From Octopus sinensis (taxonomy: Eukaryota), in NCBI RefSeq assembly GCF_006345805.1, contig NC_042997.1, positions 8,246,001-8,310,000 of the forward strand: a stretch of 64,000 nucleotides of DNA, read 5' to 3'. This document shows, one piece after another, positions 38,436 through 51,027 of this stretch; position 1 is the first letter of the stretch, and every line of letters begins with the position of its first letter. The notes below the pieces were generated by a model that did not search any database, had not been told where the DNA came from, and saw only the letters and a program-made list of their open reading frames with translations. The position numbers and the translations under genes were made by a program.

Positions 38436-38814
38436 ATATATATATATATATATAAGTGTGTGTGTGTATGTTTGTATGCCTGTGTTTGTCCCCCTAGCAT
38501 TGCTTGACAACCGATGCTGGTGTGTTTACGTCCCCGTCACCTAGCGGTTCGGCAAAAGAGACCGATAGAATAAGTACTGGGCTTACAAAGAATAAGTCCC
38601 GGGTCGATTTGCTCGACTAAAGGCGGTTCTCCAGCATGGCCGCAGTCAAATGACTGAAACAAGTAAAAGAGTAAAAGAGTTATAATTAGGGTTTAGCAAA
38701 ATTGCTTCACCATATACCGAAATTTACAAATAGCAGTTAAATACTATTCTACTACCATAAGATACCTCCCAGACAGTAATACTCTCAACTCACACAGGCA
38801 ATGAGAAAAAAATA

Positions 38815-39175
38815 ACGAATCCACCTTTTTGGGTTGTCGTTCAATTCACGTGGTACCCATTTCTCAAGTATTTTTGTTTTTCCAATCTCTTTCAAGTGGT
38901 TGGAAACGTTTGATTCCGAAGCAAGCTCTCGAACAGTTGTGCGTGGATTGGCTTCGACTAAGGCTCTTAGTTGATCGTTATCAACATCCGATGGCCGACT
39001 ACTACGCTTATCATCTTGAAGACTCTCGTCACCGCTACGAAATTTCTTGTACCACCGTTGTGCTGCACGTTCGTTATTGGTTCCTGGGCCAAACGCGTTG
39101 ATGTCGTGGGCTGTTTCAGCAGCTTTTCGTCCTAGCTTGAACTGGAATTAAAAAATTGTGCGAATTTGCTTTTTG
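38815..39175 (-). pseudogene. mariner transposase N-terminal (HTH) remnant
   Basis: The minus strand encodes FKLGRKAAETAHDINAFGPGTNNERAAQRWYKKFRSGDESLQDDKRSSRPSDVDNDQLRALVEANPRTTVRELA, then after a frameshift EKWVPREL (the WVPHEL linker). Confidence 0.88.
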
Positions 39176-39379
39176 TTTATGTTGTATTCAACATTCCGGA
39201 AAAAATGGCCAAATTATTTAAAAAAGAAAAAGAGTTACGGGATAAGATAGAGCGTGTAACGGGCTTTGAAATGATATATAAAGTCAAAGTAATTTAACGA
39301 CAATTAAATTGAAAATACATCATTTAAAACCAAAATTTTAAATTCCGCAAGATCTGAGGAGAGTGCAATCTTAGGACAT

Positions 39380-39968
39380 GTACCGAGAGAGATAAAAATC
39401 TAGCATCCAGTCAGCATCAAGATTTATGGAATGATCACTAGTGATGCCTCCATTCATCTTTCTACACGACCTCAGTCTCAATATGAAGGCCTACATCAAG
39501 TGCCTGAAGAAGGTAGTGTTGCCCTTGGTTAAGAGGGTGGCTGCTGGAAGACCCTATGTCTGGCAAAAGGACTCTGCACCATGCCGCACAAGTAGGAGAA
39601 CCCAATCATCACCGCTAGTATCTGGCCACCTAACTCCCCAGACTGTAAATCCGTTAATTACTTTGTGTGTGACAGAGTTGAGCAAGAGACCATCAAAACT
39701 CCTTTAACACCTAAAATGAACCGAAGGTAAGGATTACGGCAGTATTCACCACCTTAAACAAGGAGACCGTCCAGAAGAATTGCAAGAGATTTCGAAGTCG
39801 TCTGGAGGCCGTGGTTGAAGCCAATGGTGATTTTATAGAATAAACTTCCCCTTTAGTATTCCCCAATATTTTAATGTAATTTTGGTAAATATATCTGTTA
39901 AAATGAGATGTCAATGTTATTTTCATGTTTGCGTAATGTAGGCGATAGTTCATTCACTGCACCCTGTA
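39380..39968 (+). mobile_element. Tc1/mariner-superfamily transposon 3' half (catalytic-domain remnant plus right TIR end)
   Basis: MPPFIF...YIKCLKKVVLP...GRPYVWQKDSAPCRTS, WPPNSPD and RFRSRLEAVVEANGDFIE*. It ends caccctg followed by TA at 39967-68. Confidence 0.82.
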
Positions 39969-41217
39969 TATATGATACATGTATTAGTCATATTCAGAGG
40001 CATATTCACAAGCTTGCATATTTTTTATACTGTCTATATATTACGAAACAATGTTTGTTTTCATCTCGTATACCACAGTATTTACAATTCAATGGTTCTG
40101 TCATAATGTGATTTGTATAACGACAAAACCATTGAACATTATACAATGGAAAACCACGCCACACCCACCACTTTTTACTGTATATAATGGGATTTCCCCC
40201 TATTATATCGGGTAGAAATGCTAAAATAAATACAATATAAAAATAGTTATGATATTCACGATATTACCGATGCAATCGTTAGATCGCATTGCTTGGGCTA
40301 CTCATAACTGGAAAGAATGTTAAATTAGGATTCAACTCTCATCTTCATGTTTTCTATACTGAGTGAATGACAGAATTATAACGATAGCTATGAGGATGAT
40401 AAACATTGCCATGAACGGGGTAGTGATGATGTTGATCGTGTTATATCGCAACACTGCAACACTTCATTGTCGTGAAAAAAATTCAAGGTTAACATACACA
40501 TCTTTATTCTGTTTACAAATTTCCCTGTATACCTCCTTGGCTTGCTTTCAACAATTCCATTTTGTAAATATTTTTCGTTCTTATGATATTTTTTCAATAT
40601 CTTTATTTTACTTTCCAAAATATGATTCAAAAAGAAATTTACCACCCGTCAAAAAATCGTATCGAAACAAAAACAAATAGCAACAGTCTATTTTGAATGC
40701 AATTTTCAATACATGAAATATGATTTTTATAACTTATTGAACATCATAGACCATTGTAGACAAAATTCTTTACTATAAATAAAGGTTCAAAACAGACAGA
40801 AAGTCTTCGAAAATGACATGACAATATTGCTAATTATGGTATTCGGAGATATTTAAATTCCTTTTATTCAACTGTTCTCGTTGGTTCATTCGATATTTTA
40901 ACTTGATTATCTACAGCTACATCTTTAAAACCAATAGAAATAGTATGTTGAAAAAATATACGAAAATCTATATATTTATATATATATATATATATGAACA
41001 CGTATACAAAAATTAAATTTTCTTTTCTGTTTAGGTCGTTTCTTCTGTTTAACCTGCTATGTGAATACTGGAATCATCCCATAATATTTTTGTTAGACTC
41101 TATCAAATATTTAATTTAGTATTATTATTACAGTTCTTATTATTATTCTCCTTCTTTTACTTCTTTTTCTCCTTTTCCTTTTACTTTTTCCTCTTCTTCT
41201 TCTTCTTCTTCTTCTTC

Positions 41218-41299
<82 letters not shown>

Positions 41300-41453
41300 C
41301 ATTATTATTAACATCATCGTCATTATCTTCATCATCGCCACCATCACGCATCCTACAGTTTTATGAGCGTTTCCCCTACAACACCAAATGCGTCTACTAC
41401 AACTACTGCTGGTACTGCTGCTGCTAATACTACAACTACTATTACCACAACTA

Positions 41454-41490
<37 letters not shown>

Positions 41491-42810
41491 TAATAATAAC
41501 AACAACAACTAACAACAACCGTCGCAGCGGCAGCAGAAGGAATGCCTAAAGGTTGATAGAAATAAAGTCATAACTGATATTTTAGCTTCCATACAGAAAT
41601 GCAACAAGCTGTGCTTTGAGGCATACAAATGAAGTAAGGAGATAAGATTCTTAGTTAAACATGGAAGATTTTTAGCCAAGATAATTGAAAAGATTTTGTT
41701 TTCAAAGCAGTGAATAGAGAACATTTGCAATATAATTTGAAGCGTATTTTGATGGGAAAGAAAGTTCGTTTGATGGGAAAGAAAGCATGTAGAATGCTGT
41801 CGTATATTATTTCCTTTAGTACTAGAATACAACTACTTCAATACTTGGAATTTTCTGTTTATTGAAACCAGTGTAATTAATATGCTGTAATATAACAAAT
41901 AAAGAGAGAATGATACATTTTATAATACATCACCAAACAATACATAAGTATATAATACATACATGCATACATATATACATACACATATATCTATATCTAT
42001 CTAATTTTTCTATTTTTCTATTTATATATATATGTATATATATATATTTTTTTTTCTATTTATATATATGTATATATATATATATATATATATACACATA
42101 CATACACATATATACATATGCCTGCATATATATATTTACAAATGTATATAATATATATATGATTGATATATACTCTCTCTCTCACACACACACTCACACA
42201 CACACACACACACATACATATATATATATATTTACACACGCACATCTATGTAGTCATACGTATACTTTTTTACTTCGGAATATTTCTATGCTAGTTTTTT
42301 TTTATTCCTTTAATCCCTCCAGGATGCTTCCAATAAGCTAAGGAATTTACAATACTGTGGTTGAAGGAATCTAAGATATCGCTTTCCTCACAGAATAAGC
42401 CTTGAGCATAAGCAAAAATCAATACGTTAAAATAACAAAATTTGCGAAATTGATTTTACAGATCATTACTCCAATCTGCAAGGTCATATACTATCTGTTC
42501 TGCACTTATATGTATATAAATTTAGTGTTCTCTTTATTATGCTTTATATAAAATGTGATAATCCATTATATTTCTCAGTACTTTGAGGATGATTGATACG
42601 TAAGCTAAAGAGAAAATCTGAGATTTTGTTAACTAACATTAAATTAATAATTTCCCATACTTAGATCGTAAAGTGTTATGTACAAACCTGCACACATCTC
42701 ACTCAAGTTAATATGCTATATGAAGGGGAAAGAGCTTAAAACTAAAAAAATAAATGGAAATCCTCATTATAAAAACCAAGTGATGGTTTTAGCTTTAATC
42801 CCATCTATCT

Positions 42811-43407
42811 TATTTCTTTATTGCCCACAAAGGGGCTAAACATAGAGGGGACAAACAAGAAAAGACAAACGGATTAAGTCGATTACATCGACCTGAGTGT
42901 GTAACTGGTACTTATCGATCCCGAAAGGATGAAAGGCAAAGTCGACCTCGGCGGAATTTGAACTCAGAACGTAACGGCAGACGAAATACCTATATCTTTT
43001 ATTGCCCATAAGGGGCTAAACACAGAGGGGACAAACATGGACAGACAAACGGATTAACTTGATTATATCGACCCCAATGCGTAACTGGTACTTATTTAAT
43101 CGACCCCAAAAGGATGAAAGGCAAAGTCGACCTCGGAGGAATTTGAACTCAGAACGTAACGGCAGACGAAATACCTATATCTTTTACTACCCACAAGGGG
43201 CTGAACACGGAGGGGACAAACACGGACAGGCAAAAGGATTAACTTGATTATATCGACTCCAATGCGTAACTGGTACTTATTTAATCGACCCCAAAAGGAT
43301 GAAAGGCAAAGTCGACCTCGGCGGAATTTGAACTCAGAATGTAACGGCAGACGAAAAACCGCTTAGCATTTCGTCCGGCATGCTAACGTTTCTACCAGCT
43401 CACCGCC
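42811..43407 (-). mobile_element. SINE family A: head + three tandem modules (43176-43360, 42991-43175, 42811-42990)
   Basis: Junctions aatacc|tatatc at 42990/1 and 43175/6; ends in GAAATA; possible short TSD tctatct. Confidence 0.92.
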
Positions 43408-43794
43408 TTCTATCTTTACATTCACAGCTAACAATGTCGGTTTACATGAAGAAAATTATTAGTGGTACTTATTAAAATCAAACGTTAGCTGCTAATCAGT
43501 GGGAAATTGTTTTCTAGTTCTGCACGTCATACATTTCGAGTTTTGTTCTATACTTTATCAGGGAATATTTAAAAGTGACAAATATTCTACGACTCTGAGT
43601 AGTATTTGCTATTTTAGTACCAATTATTTATTCATTGTTTTCGTCCATAGGCTATTGACATCTCAACCAAAAATCCATTTCCTGTATAGAATTCAAGTGG
43701 AATATTATTATCATTATTATCCTTATTATTATTATTATTATCTTTATTGTTATTATTATTATCTTTATTATTATTATTATTATCTTTAATATTG

Positions 43795-43828
<34 letters not shown>

Positions 43829-43912
43829 AGTAGTCATAGTAGTAGTAGTAGTAGTAGTAGTAGTAGAAGTAGTAGTAGTATTAGTAGTAGTAGCAGCAGC
43901 AGCAGCCGTTGC

Positions 43913-43951
<39 letters not shown>

Positions 43952-44079
43952 TATATTAGTAGTAGTTTTTGTTGTTATTTTATTAGTCTTGTTAATTTAG
44001 TCTTATTCTTTTTAATTTTAATTTTATTATTTTATTCAACTGCACCACGAAATACAGTTCTGTTTTTCTTGGGTATGTG

Positions 44080-44240
44080 CTAGTAGAATCGTTAGCACGC
44101 CGGACAAAATACTTAACGGCATTTCGTCCGTCTGCACGTTCTCTATTCAATTTCTGTCGTGGTCAATTTGGTCTTTTGTCCTTTCAGACACGACAAAATA
44201 AATACCAGCAAAACACTGGGGATCGAGTCTGGATCGTTCT
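44080..44240 (+). mobile_element. SINE family A, old diverged copy
   Basis: tagtagaatcgttagcacgccggacaaaatacttaacggcatttcgtccgtc...aaataccagcaaaacactggggatcga. Confidence 0.7.
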
Positions 44241-44557
44241 GTCAGTGTTGACTGGAAAATCCCAGCGGATAGTGACATTTTTACCTTCAACGGCTGGCTC
44301 AAGGTGATGATCATACCATATCATTATTACTATTATTATTATTGTTATGTCTTTTTCCTTCTTTCTTCAAATTTTCTTCCGTTTCTCGCCGAGTATTTTC
44401 CATACACCTAGGGCAGAGAAGGGCATCGTATACATTCCCAGATTACACGCGCAAATTCACAGATAACATATGTATTTAAAAATTAATAAATAAATAAATT
44501 CATGGATGGATGTTATTTTCACAGCGATAGTGCTCTTCTGAGTACATGAGCCGTTCC

Positions 44558-44605
<48 letters not shown>

Positions 44606-45964
44606 CATTGTTATTATTATTATCATATTTCGAACAGAACAGAGAAAACAACGTCGAACCTGATTAATTATCCAAAATCGGCATTTCGTGGCTGTACATA
44701 TTTTAGATAAAATATAACACAACTCTTTCTATTGAAGCATCAAGAATGTTAGATTTGTTTTCTGCTATTGCTTCGCACTCTCCATTGATTTATGTTTGAG
44801 AGTAAAACGACCCAGTGGTTTTCCGTAATTGTATAAATGAACTATTCAATAGACATTTCTAAACGTGCTCTCATCCTTTTTATGAAATTGCATATTATTC
44901 TAAAATAAGGCACGCCGAACCTTAAGAAGTATTTCCTATAATACGTGGACCTAAATCTTTTAAAAAAATGTGCTCCTTAACCTCAGCCTCTCTATATATC
45001 ATCCTATATATAGTTTACATTTTATAATGATGAGGATATTAGAGAGATCCGCTTGAATAAATTACGTAAAAGTTCTTACATTACCACTTGCATTCATCGG
45101 AATTCAGCACTCGTGTTGAAAGAAGTGCTATAATTTCATTATTTCTGAGCTTTTTAGTTACTTCATTCTGATATATTTGATCCTTCAAAGCAAATTAACT
45201 TCAAAAGTATCTTCTGTTTTTGTAGGCTGAGCAGACGCTTCTTACATAAATCGTTATCAAGAGAGAACACGGCAACAGTTTTGTATTACTATTTTATATA
45301 AACAGAAAGCTAATTGAATTATATTAGTTGCAGATAAAGATAAAGTATTTAGTTGCATTGATAATGTTGCTATGTAGAAATAGACTTGTTCTTTGACCAG
45401 GATGTTGATTTAACTATTGACTATAACTGGAACAAATAACTTCCTTGCACAAAGGAAACTTGACCACTGAAGAATCTTTTGACTCCAATGTTATTAAATG
45501 CCCCGCCTTACTTCCGGCTGAACTAATTTACTGTTGAGAAAGCAAAAGAAATATCAATAAAAGAATAAACATTGAAAGGTTAATTCAATTTGTAGAAAAT
45601 TCTTTGTTTTGAAGAACTGTGAAAGTAAAGTGTTTTCAAGTTGAATATTCAACTAAATATGCATAAATGAAGTCCTTTGTGCTTTTGTGTCTGTGTGAGT
45701 GTATACATGCGTCTATTTATGTATTTGTATGATCGCAATGTTAGCGGTTGAGGCTGAAGAAAATATTTCAGATTTGAAGTGTTTTTCTATTACTTAATTG
45801 GAGAAGAAACTTCAATGTCCATGAGCGTTTTAAGGTCTTTAAGTTTCACGGAAGACCTTACATAAACTCATGGAGTAGATCGTACTCCAGTAAAGCATCC
45901 TAGTCTACTAGAGTTGGTGTCAGACCGAGCAACGGAGTAAATCTACAAAACAAATACAAATATA

Positions 45965-46127
45965 GGCGCAGCAATGGCTGTGTGGTAAGTAACTTGCTAA
46001 CCAACCACATGGTTCCGGGTTCAGTCCCACTGCGTGGCATCTTGGGCAAGTGTCTTCTGCTATAGCCCCGGGCCGACCAATGCCTTGTGAGTGGATTTGG
46101 TAGACGGAAACTGAAAGAAGCCTGTCG

Positions 46128-46168
<41 letters not shown>

Positions 46169-46378
46169 TTGTGTGTCTGTGTTTGTCCCCCTAGCATTGC
46201 TTGACAACCGATGCTGGTGTGTTTACGTCCCCGTCACTTAGCGGTTCGGCAAAAGAGACCGATTGAATAAGTACTGGGCTTACAAAGAATAAGTCCGGGG
46301 GTCGATTTGCTCGACTAAAGGCGGTGCTCCAGCATGGCTACAGTCAAATGACTGAAACAAGTAAAAGAATAAAAGAGT
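45965..46378 (+). mobile_element. SINE family B, full length
   Basis: Same head, internal microsatellite and tail as the copies at 24419 and 56403. Confidence 0.92.
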
Positions 46379-46692
46379 AAATCAGTCTCTTTGCCGAGCT
46401 TTTACATAGTTACTGACTAAGGATGCTGTAATAGAAGACACTCGCGTCAGGTGCCACAGAATCCGTTCGTACATGAATCAGAGACCTGCAGAGTAAATAT
46501 ATTAATAGCACAGCCTTCAATGTGACTGATTATGGTGAGAGCGCTATGTGATGTCAAATTTAAGGTAGAGATAATCATCATCATTCGAGCCACTATTATA
46601 TGAGTCCAAATACAATGACAAGCTAATTGAAAACAGTTGGTTGATTTCTGATTATTAGAAATATACTTGGATTTTAAAGAGTAAAGGTTTCT

Positions 46693-47124
46693 TATTTCTT
46701 TGTTACCCACAAGGGGCTAAACATAAAGAGGACAAACAAGGACGGACAAACGGATTAAGTCGATTACATCGACCCCAGTGCGTAACTGGTACTTCATTTA
46801 TCGACCCCGAAAGGATGAAAGGCAAAGTCGACGTCAGCGGAATTTGAACTCAGAACGTAGCGGCAGAAGAAATACCTATTTCTTTACTACCCACAAGGGG
46901 CTAAACACAGAGAGGACAAACAAGGACAGACAAGCGGAATAAATCGATTATAACGACCCCAGTGCGTAACTGGTACTTATTTAATCGACCCCGAAAGGAT
47001 GAAAGGCAAAGTCGACGTCGGCGGAATTTAAACTCAGAACGTAGCGGCAGACGAATTACCGCTCAGAATTTCGCCTGGCGTGTTAACGTTTCTGCCAGCT
47101 CACTGCCTTAATCTTAATTGGGAA
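46693..47124 (-). mobile_element. SINE family A: head + two 184-bp modules, with a 19-bp TSD
   Basis: Modules at 46877-47060 and 46693-46876; head at 47061-47107; TSD ttaaagagtaaaggtttct at 46674-46692 and 47125-47143. Confidence 0.92.
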
Positions 47125-47324
47125 TTAAAGAGTAAAGGTTTCTGTCAACAAGGAGTAACAAAATCCTGCAAAGTATTTGATATCATAATCTCTGGAAATA
47201 TAAACGAATATCAAAATATTTTGATTATTTTATCTACTATTTTTAAAATTATTTTGCTGTTACTGACTGCCGTCTCCCCACCTATATATATCTCTTATAC
47301 TTACCTTTTGTTTCCTTCATTAAC

Positions 47325-47507
47325 CTGGGGCACCGCTTTGAAAGATTTTAGTTGAATGAATCCACCCTAGCACTTATACTTTTTAAAGCATATATTCTAT
47401 TCTATCTTTCTCTTTTGCCTAACCGCTAAGTGATGGAGACGTAAACACATCAGCACTGGTTATCAGTCAGTGGGGGAACACTGACGCAAAGACACATTCT
47501 TACACAT

Positions 47508-47510
<3 letters not shown>
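47325..47510 (-). mobile_element. Degenerate SINE B-related 3' half
   Basis: ctggggcaccgctttg...ctcttttgcctaaccgctaagtgatggagacgtaaacacatcagcactggttatca. Confidence 0.65.
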
Positions 47511-47555
<45 letters not shown>

Positions 47556-47635
47556 ATATGTATGTATGTATATATGTATGTATGTATGTGTATGTATGTA
47601 TGTATGTATGTATGTATGTATGTATGTATGTATGT

Positions 47636-48192
47636 TAGTGTCAGGTCACTTTTGAGTGCTACTAGTAACATGTAACCCAATACAACTTGTTGCATGGTCG
47701 GGTCGTCGGCGACTAAACCGGCAACCCCACCAAGCTTGCTTGGGGAGGAGGGTGTTTATTGGACAACCTGCGGGATGAAAAACAAAACCCGTCAAAGGAC
47801 GGAGGAACTCTTGAGAGTCAACGGCCATCCAATAAATGTCTTAAGGCTGGATCATGCGTGGGGACATAGAAATAATTGGACTGAATACCCGATCGCGTGG
47901 TTAAACCATTGGGAGTGAAGGACTCCTAGCCTTTGTTAGCGCATCCTTCTAGGAGAAGGTAACTCATGTTACTGGGATAACTCCGACATAAAACCTGCGG
48001 CTCAGTGGTTACTGATGATGTTGACTTGTTCTTCTTTTCAGATTATGGCTGCTGTTGCTTAGTGAGTGGGATTGACTCAGTGCACAGCCTTTCCTCACTT
48101 TAAAAAAAATCTTCTTGCACAGACATTTCACGATAACAACATTGATTAAGCTTCGTACAATGGCCATACTCGATAACGAGGGGGCAGCCACC
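47636..48192 (+). mobile_element. Non-autonomous RTE derivative (RTE 5'UTR-like body plus the RTE 3' terminus) embedded in (ATGT)n
   Basis: The last 45 nt (48146-48190) match 50982-51026 at 42/45. The body has ggcaacccca and ggagaaggtaactc motifs reminiscent of RTE 5' UTRs; (ATGT)n lies on both sides. Confidence 0.65.
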
Positions 48193-48207
48193 ATGTATGT
48201 ATGTATG

Positions 48208-48241
<34 letters not shown>

Positions 48242-48383
48242 TGTATGTATGTATGTATGTATGTATGTATGTATGTATGTATGTATGTATGTATGTATGT
48301 ATGTATGTATGTATGTATGTATGTATGTATGTATGTATGTATGTATGTATGTATGTATGTATGTATGTATGTATGTATGTATG

Positions 48384-48412
<29 letters not shown>
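48193..48412. repeat. (ATGT)n microsatellite, ~220 bp
   Basis: Near-perfect ATGT run immediately after the element 3' end. Confidence 0.95.
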
Positions 48413-48414
<2 letters not shown>

Positions 48415-48971
48415 TGTATGTTCATTCAACCGAACTCTTCAAGATAATGTACAGAAATTTTCTTTGTTTTTATTATATAAATCGAAAATCAGATGTTTTG
48501 TTTTGTTTAAACGTGCAGAAATGTTTTTTGTTTTTGAAAAAATGGAGAAAGATAGGAACAAGCAAGAAAAGGAATTAACGCAAAGAGGAGAGGAAGAGAT
48601 ACAGAGAGAAATGGGTGTCTTTTCAATTAGATTGTATTGATGTAGTCAACCCATTGAAATTAAATTACGATTCAAGATGTTACTCGTGATTCTGTCAAAT
48701 TTTTTGAAAGCATCTCTTTCTCTCTCCCTCCCCTTCTCTTATTATATACATACTAAGATATTTGTAAATATACACATTAGGATTGGAAAAGGGAAATATA
48801 TGTGGTCAACCCACTGAAATTTCATTGCAATTCAAGGTGTTGTTCTTGATGGAATCATTGTTTTCGAAAGTGTGTGTGTGTACATGGGTGTATATACAAA
48901 GCCAATAACGTAGTATTCGGTCTTCTGACAAGACATCCATGTTAACGTAATATACAGATTACGTTTTCGAT

Positions 48972-49162
48972 AAGGCGGCGAGCTGGCAGAAACGTTAACA
49001 CGCTGGGGGAAATGCGTAGCCGTAGTTCGTCTGCCGTTACGTTCTGAGTTCAAATTCCGCCGAGGTCGACTTTGCCCTTCATCCTTTCGGAGTCAATAGA
49101 TTAAGTAACAGTTACGCACTGGGGTTGATATAATCGGCTTAATCCGTTTGTCTGTCCTTGTT
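48972..49162 (+). mobile_element. SINE family A with the module-type tail, 3'-truncated
   Basis: Head aaggcggcgagctggcagaaacgtt, then core, ending ttaatccgtttgtctgtccttgtt. Confidence 0.85.
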
Positions 49163-49408
49163 CGTGATATGAGAATTCCGGCACCCATGACAAACGATTT
49201 TAGTCTGTTTGCTACAATCTATATGGATGTTGTTGTTTTTTATGCACCAAGCTCCTATGTGAGAGTATAACTCAAGGCTAATAACTAAGTATTCGGTATT
49301 CTAACAAAACATCCATGTTAAGTTAAATAACAAACATTACATTTTGTTTTTAATAATCCATTCCTCGCTGATAATTAACCTTTATATCCTGTTTTTATAA
49401 GTGCTGTT

Positions 49409-49495
<87 letters not shown>

Positions 49496-50086
49496 TACAA
49501 ACTAGGACATGAACGCAAAACATTAGGAGACGATACAAAAAAAACACACGGACGGGACATTCGAAGCCTTCAATCTTCAGTCAAGAACCGGATCATCCTC
49601 GCAATTTCGGCTGATTAATCTTGAGATTTCTCCAATCTGGCCAGCCCCAAGGAAAAACTAAGCTAAGCGCATTAGATTCCTTGGAAGAAAACTTCGAATG
49701 TATACAAAACAAGGGCGGAAAAACGGACGATGTTACACGAATATGAATACAAAAATAATATGTAAAAACAATAATTAGCCGTTCATATGAAATTTTAACG
49801 CAGGACTGAATTTATTCTCGCAGTTTTTCTGTCTGGAGAAAAGTACTTTATGGTAAGATATTAACATTTTACATTGTATCAACTAACATTTTTGAATATA
49901 ATACCTATAATCAAGTATAATATTGAAAAACAGAGCTATCGACACAGCAGTGACTGAGTGCGTATACGCACTCACTCACACACACTGACATACACATATA
50001 TAATAGATAGAGATTTATGTACATATGCGTGTGTATACGCGTGTGTATATACGCGCATATACATATATGTCTTACACATATGCCTG

Positions 50087-50117
<31 letters not shown>

Positions 50118-50468
50118 TATATACATATATATATACATATATATAATATGTAATATAATATATATATACGCATAACTATATATATATGTATATGTGTATG
50201 TGTGTGTTCGAGGTGGTATCAAAAAGTTCTTGGACCAGTTGCGTTTAATAAAAGAATAATTTATTTACCTGTTTAACATCGTCTTCCAAATAGTCAACTT
50301 ACACATCAATACACACCAGCCTCAGCGTTCCTGCCACTTTTATAATCCCTCGGCACACTGCATCATGAAGTTCACTGCTAGGTGCCATCTGTTGGCGTGC
50401 GACACAACTAGTCCGGGAGCGTTTGATACCACTTCATATGTTTGTATGTATGCATGTATGCATGTATG

Positions 50469-50502
<34 letters not shown>

Positions 50503-50525
50503 TGTATGTATGTATGTATGTATGT

Positions 50526-51027
50526 AGCAGGAGGAGAAGGATTGTGCACGAGGAGACAGCCACTTTTGAGAAATCTCGAGTTGCACATGAGAAAGTAAGG
50601 AGGGATGTCAGGAAGGGCATCGCTGTTACACTTCCAGATGGTAAGGGTCTTCCTTTGATGCTGACATGCAATGTCTGTGCAAGACCCTGTCTCTGTAAAG
50701 CTGGACTCAAGAGTCATGTTCGTAGTCATAAAGCGAGACAGATGAGTGACAACCTGGCCACTGGTGGTGGTGTAACACACCGTACTAATCATATCTGTCG
50801 GGCATGTGGAAGAGAGTGTAATTCGGCAGGAGGACTTAAACGACATGCAAAGGTACGTGAAGCCCAGTTACAACTACAGCCGGCTATTACCGGTAAAGGT
50901 ATTAGTTGCCAATTCTGTACAAGACATTGTAGATCTTTAGCTGGGCTAAAAAGTCACATTCGATCACAGCACCAGTAACAGTTAAGCTTTGTGCAATGGC
51001 CATACTCGATAACGAGGGAGCAGCCAT
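50526..51027 (+). mobile_element. 5'-truncated RTE/BovB-like LINE 3' end encoding three C2H2-like fingers, inserted in (ATGT)n
   Basis: CNVCARPCLCKAGLKSHVRSH, CRACGRECNSAGGLKRHAKV and CQFCTRHCRSLAGLKSHIRSQH; stop at 50976-78; 3' UTR followed by (ATGT)n, with (ATGT)n also at the 5' junction. The clade is inferred from the terminal C..C...C.S..GL.SH.R.H motif. Confidence 0.72.

Larger units (their letters stand above)
33540..38679 (+). mobile_element. SINE family B copy split by the LINE (33540-33575 | 38089-38679) and by a SINE-A module (38252-38435)
   Basis: caggagtggctgtgtggtaagtagctttgctaacc stops at 33575 and resumes as aagtagcttgctaaccaaccacatggttccggg at 38089. It ends gtaaaagagtaaaagag at 38679. 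Confidence 0.92.

Noticed and set aside
42811-43407. Regularly spaced ~185-bp repeats as a CRISPR-like or satellite array, or as a hammerhead retrozyme
   Set aside because: There are no unique spacers and the context is eukaryotic. No CUGANGA/GAAA core is found on either strand of the module.
49490-49760. GC-richer repeat-like segment with cagccgaaat and ctgaaga motifs
   Set aside because: Probably a dispersed repeat, but the hammerhead elements are not in a foldable order and I cannot assign a family.
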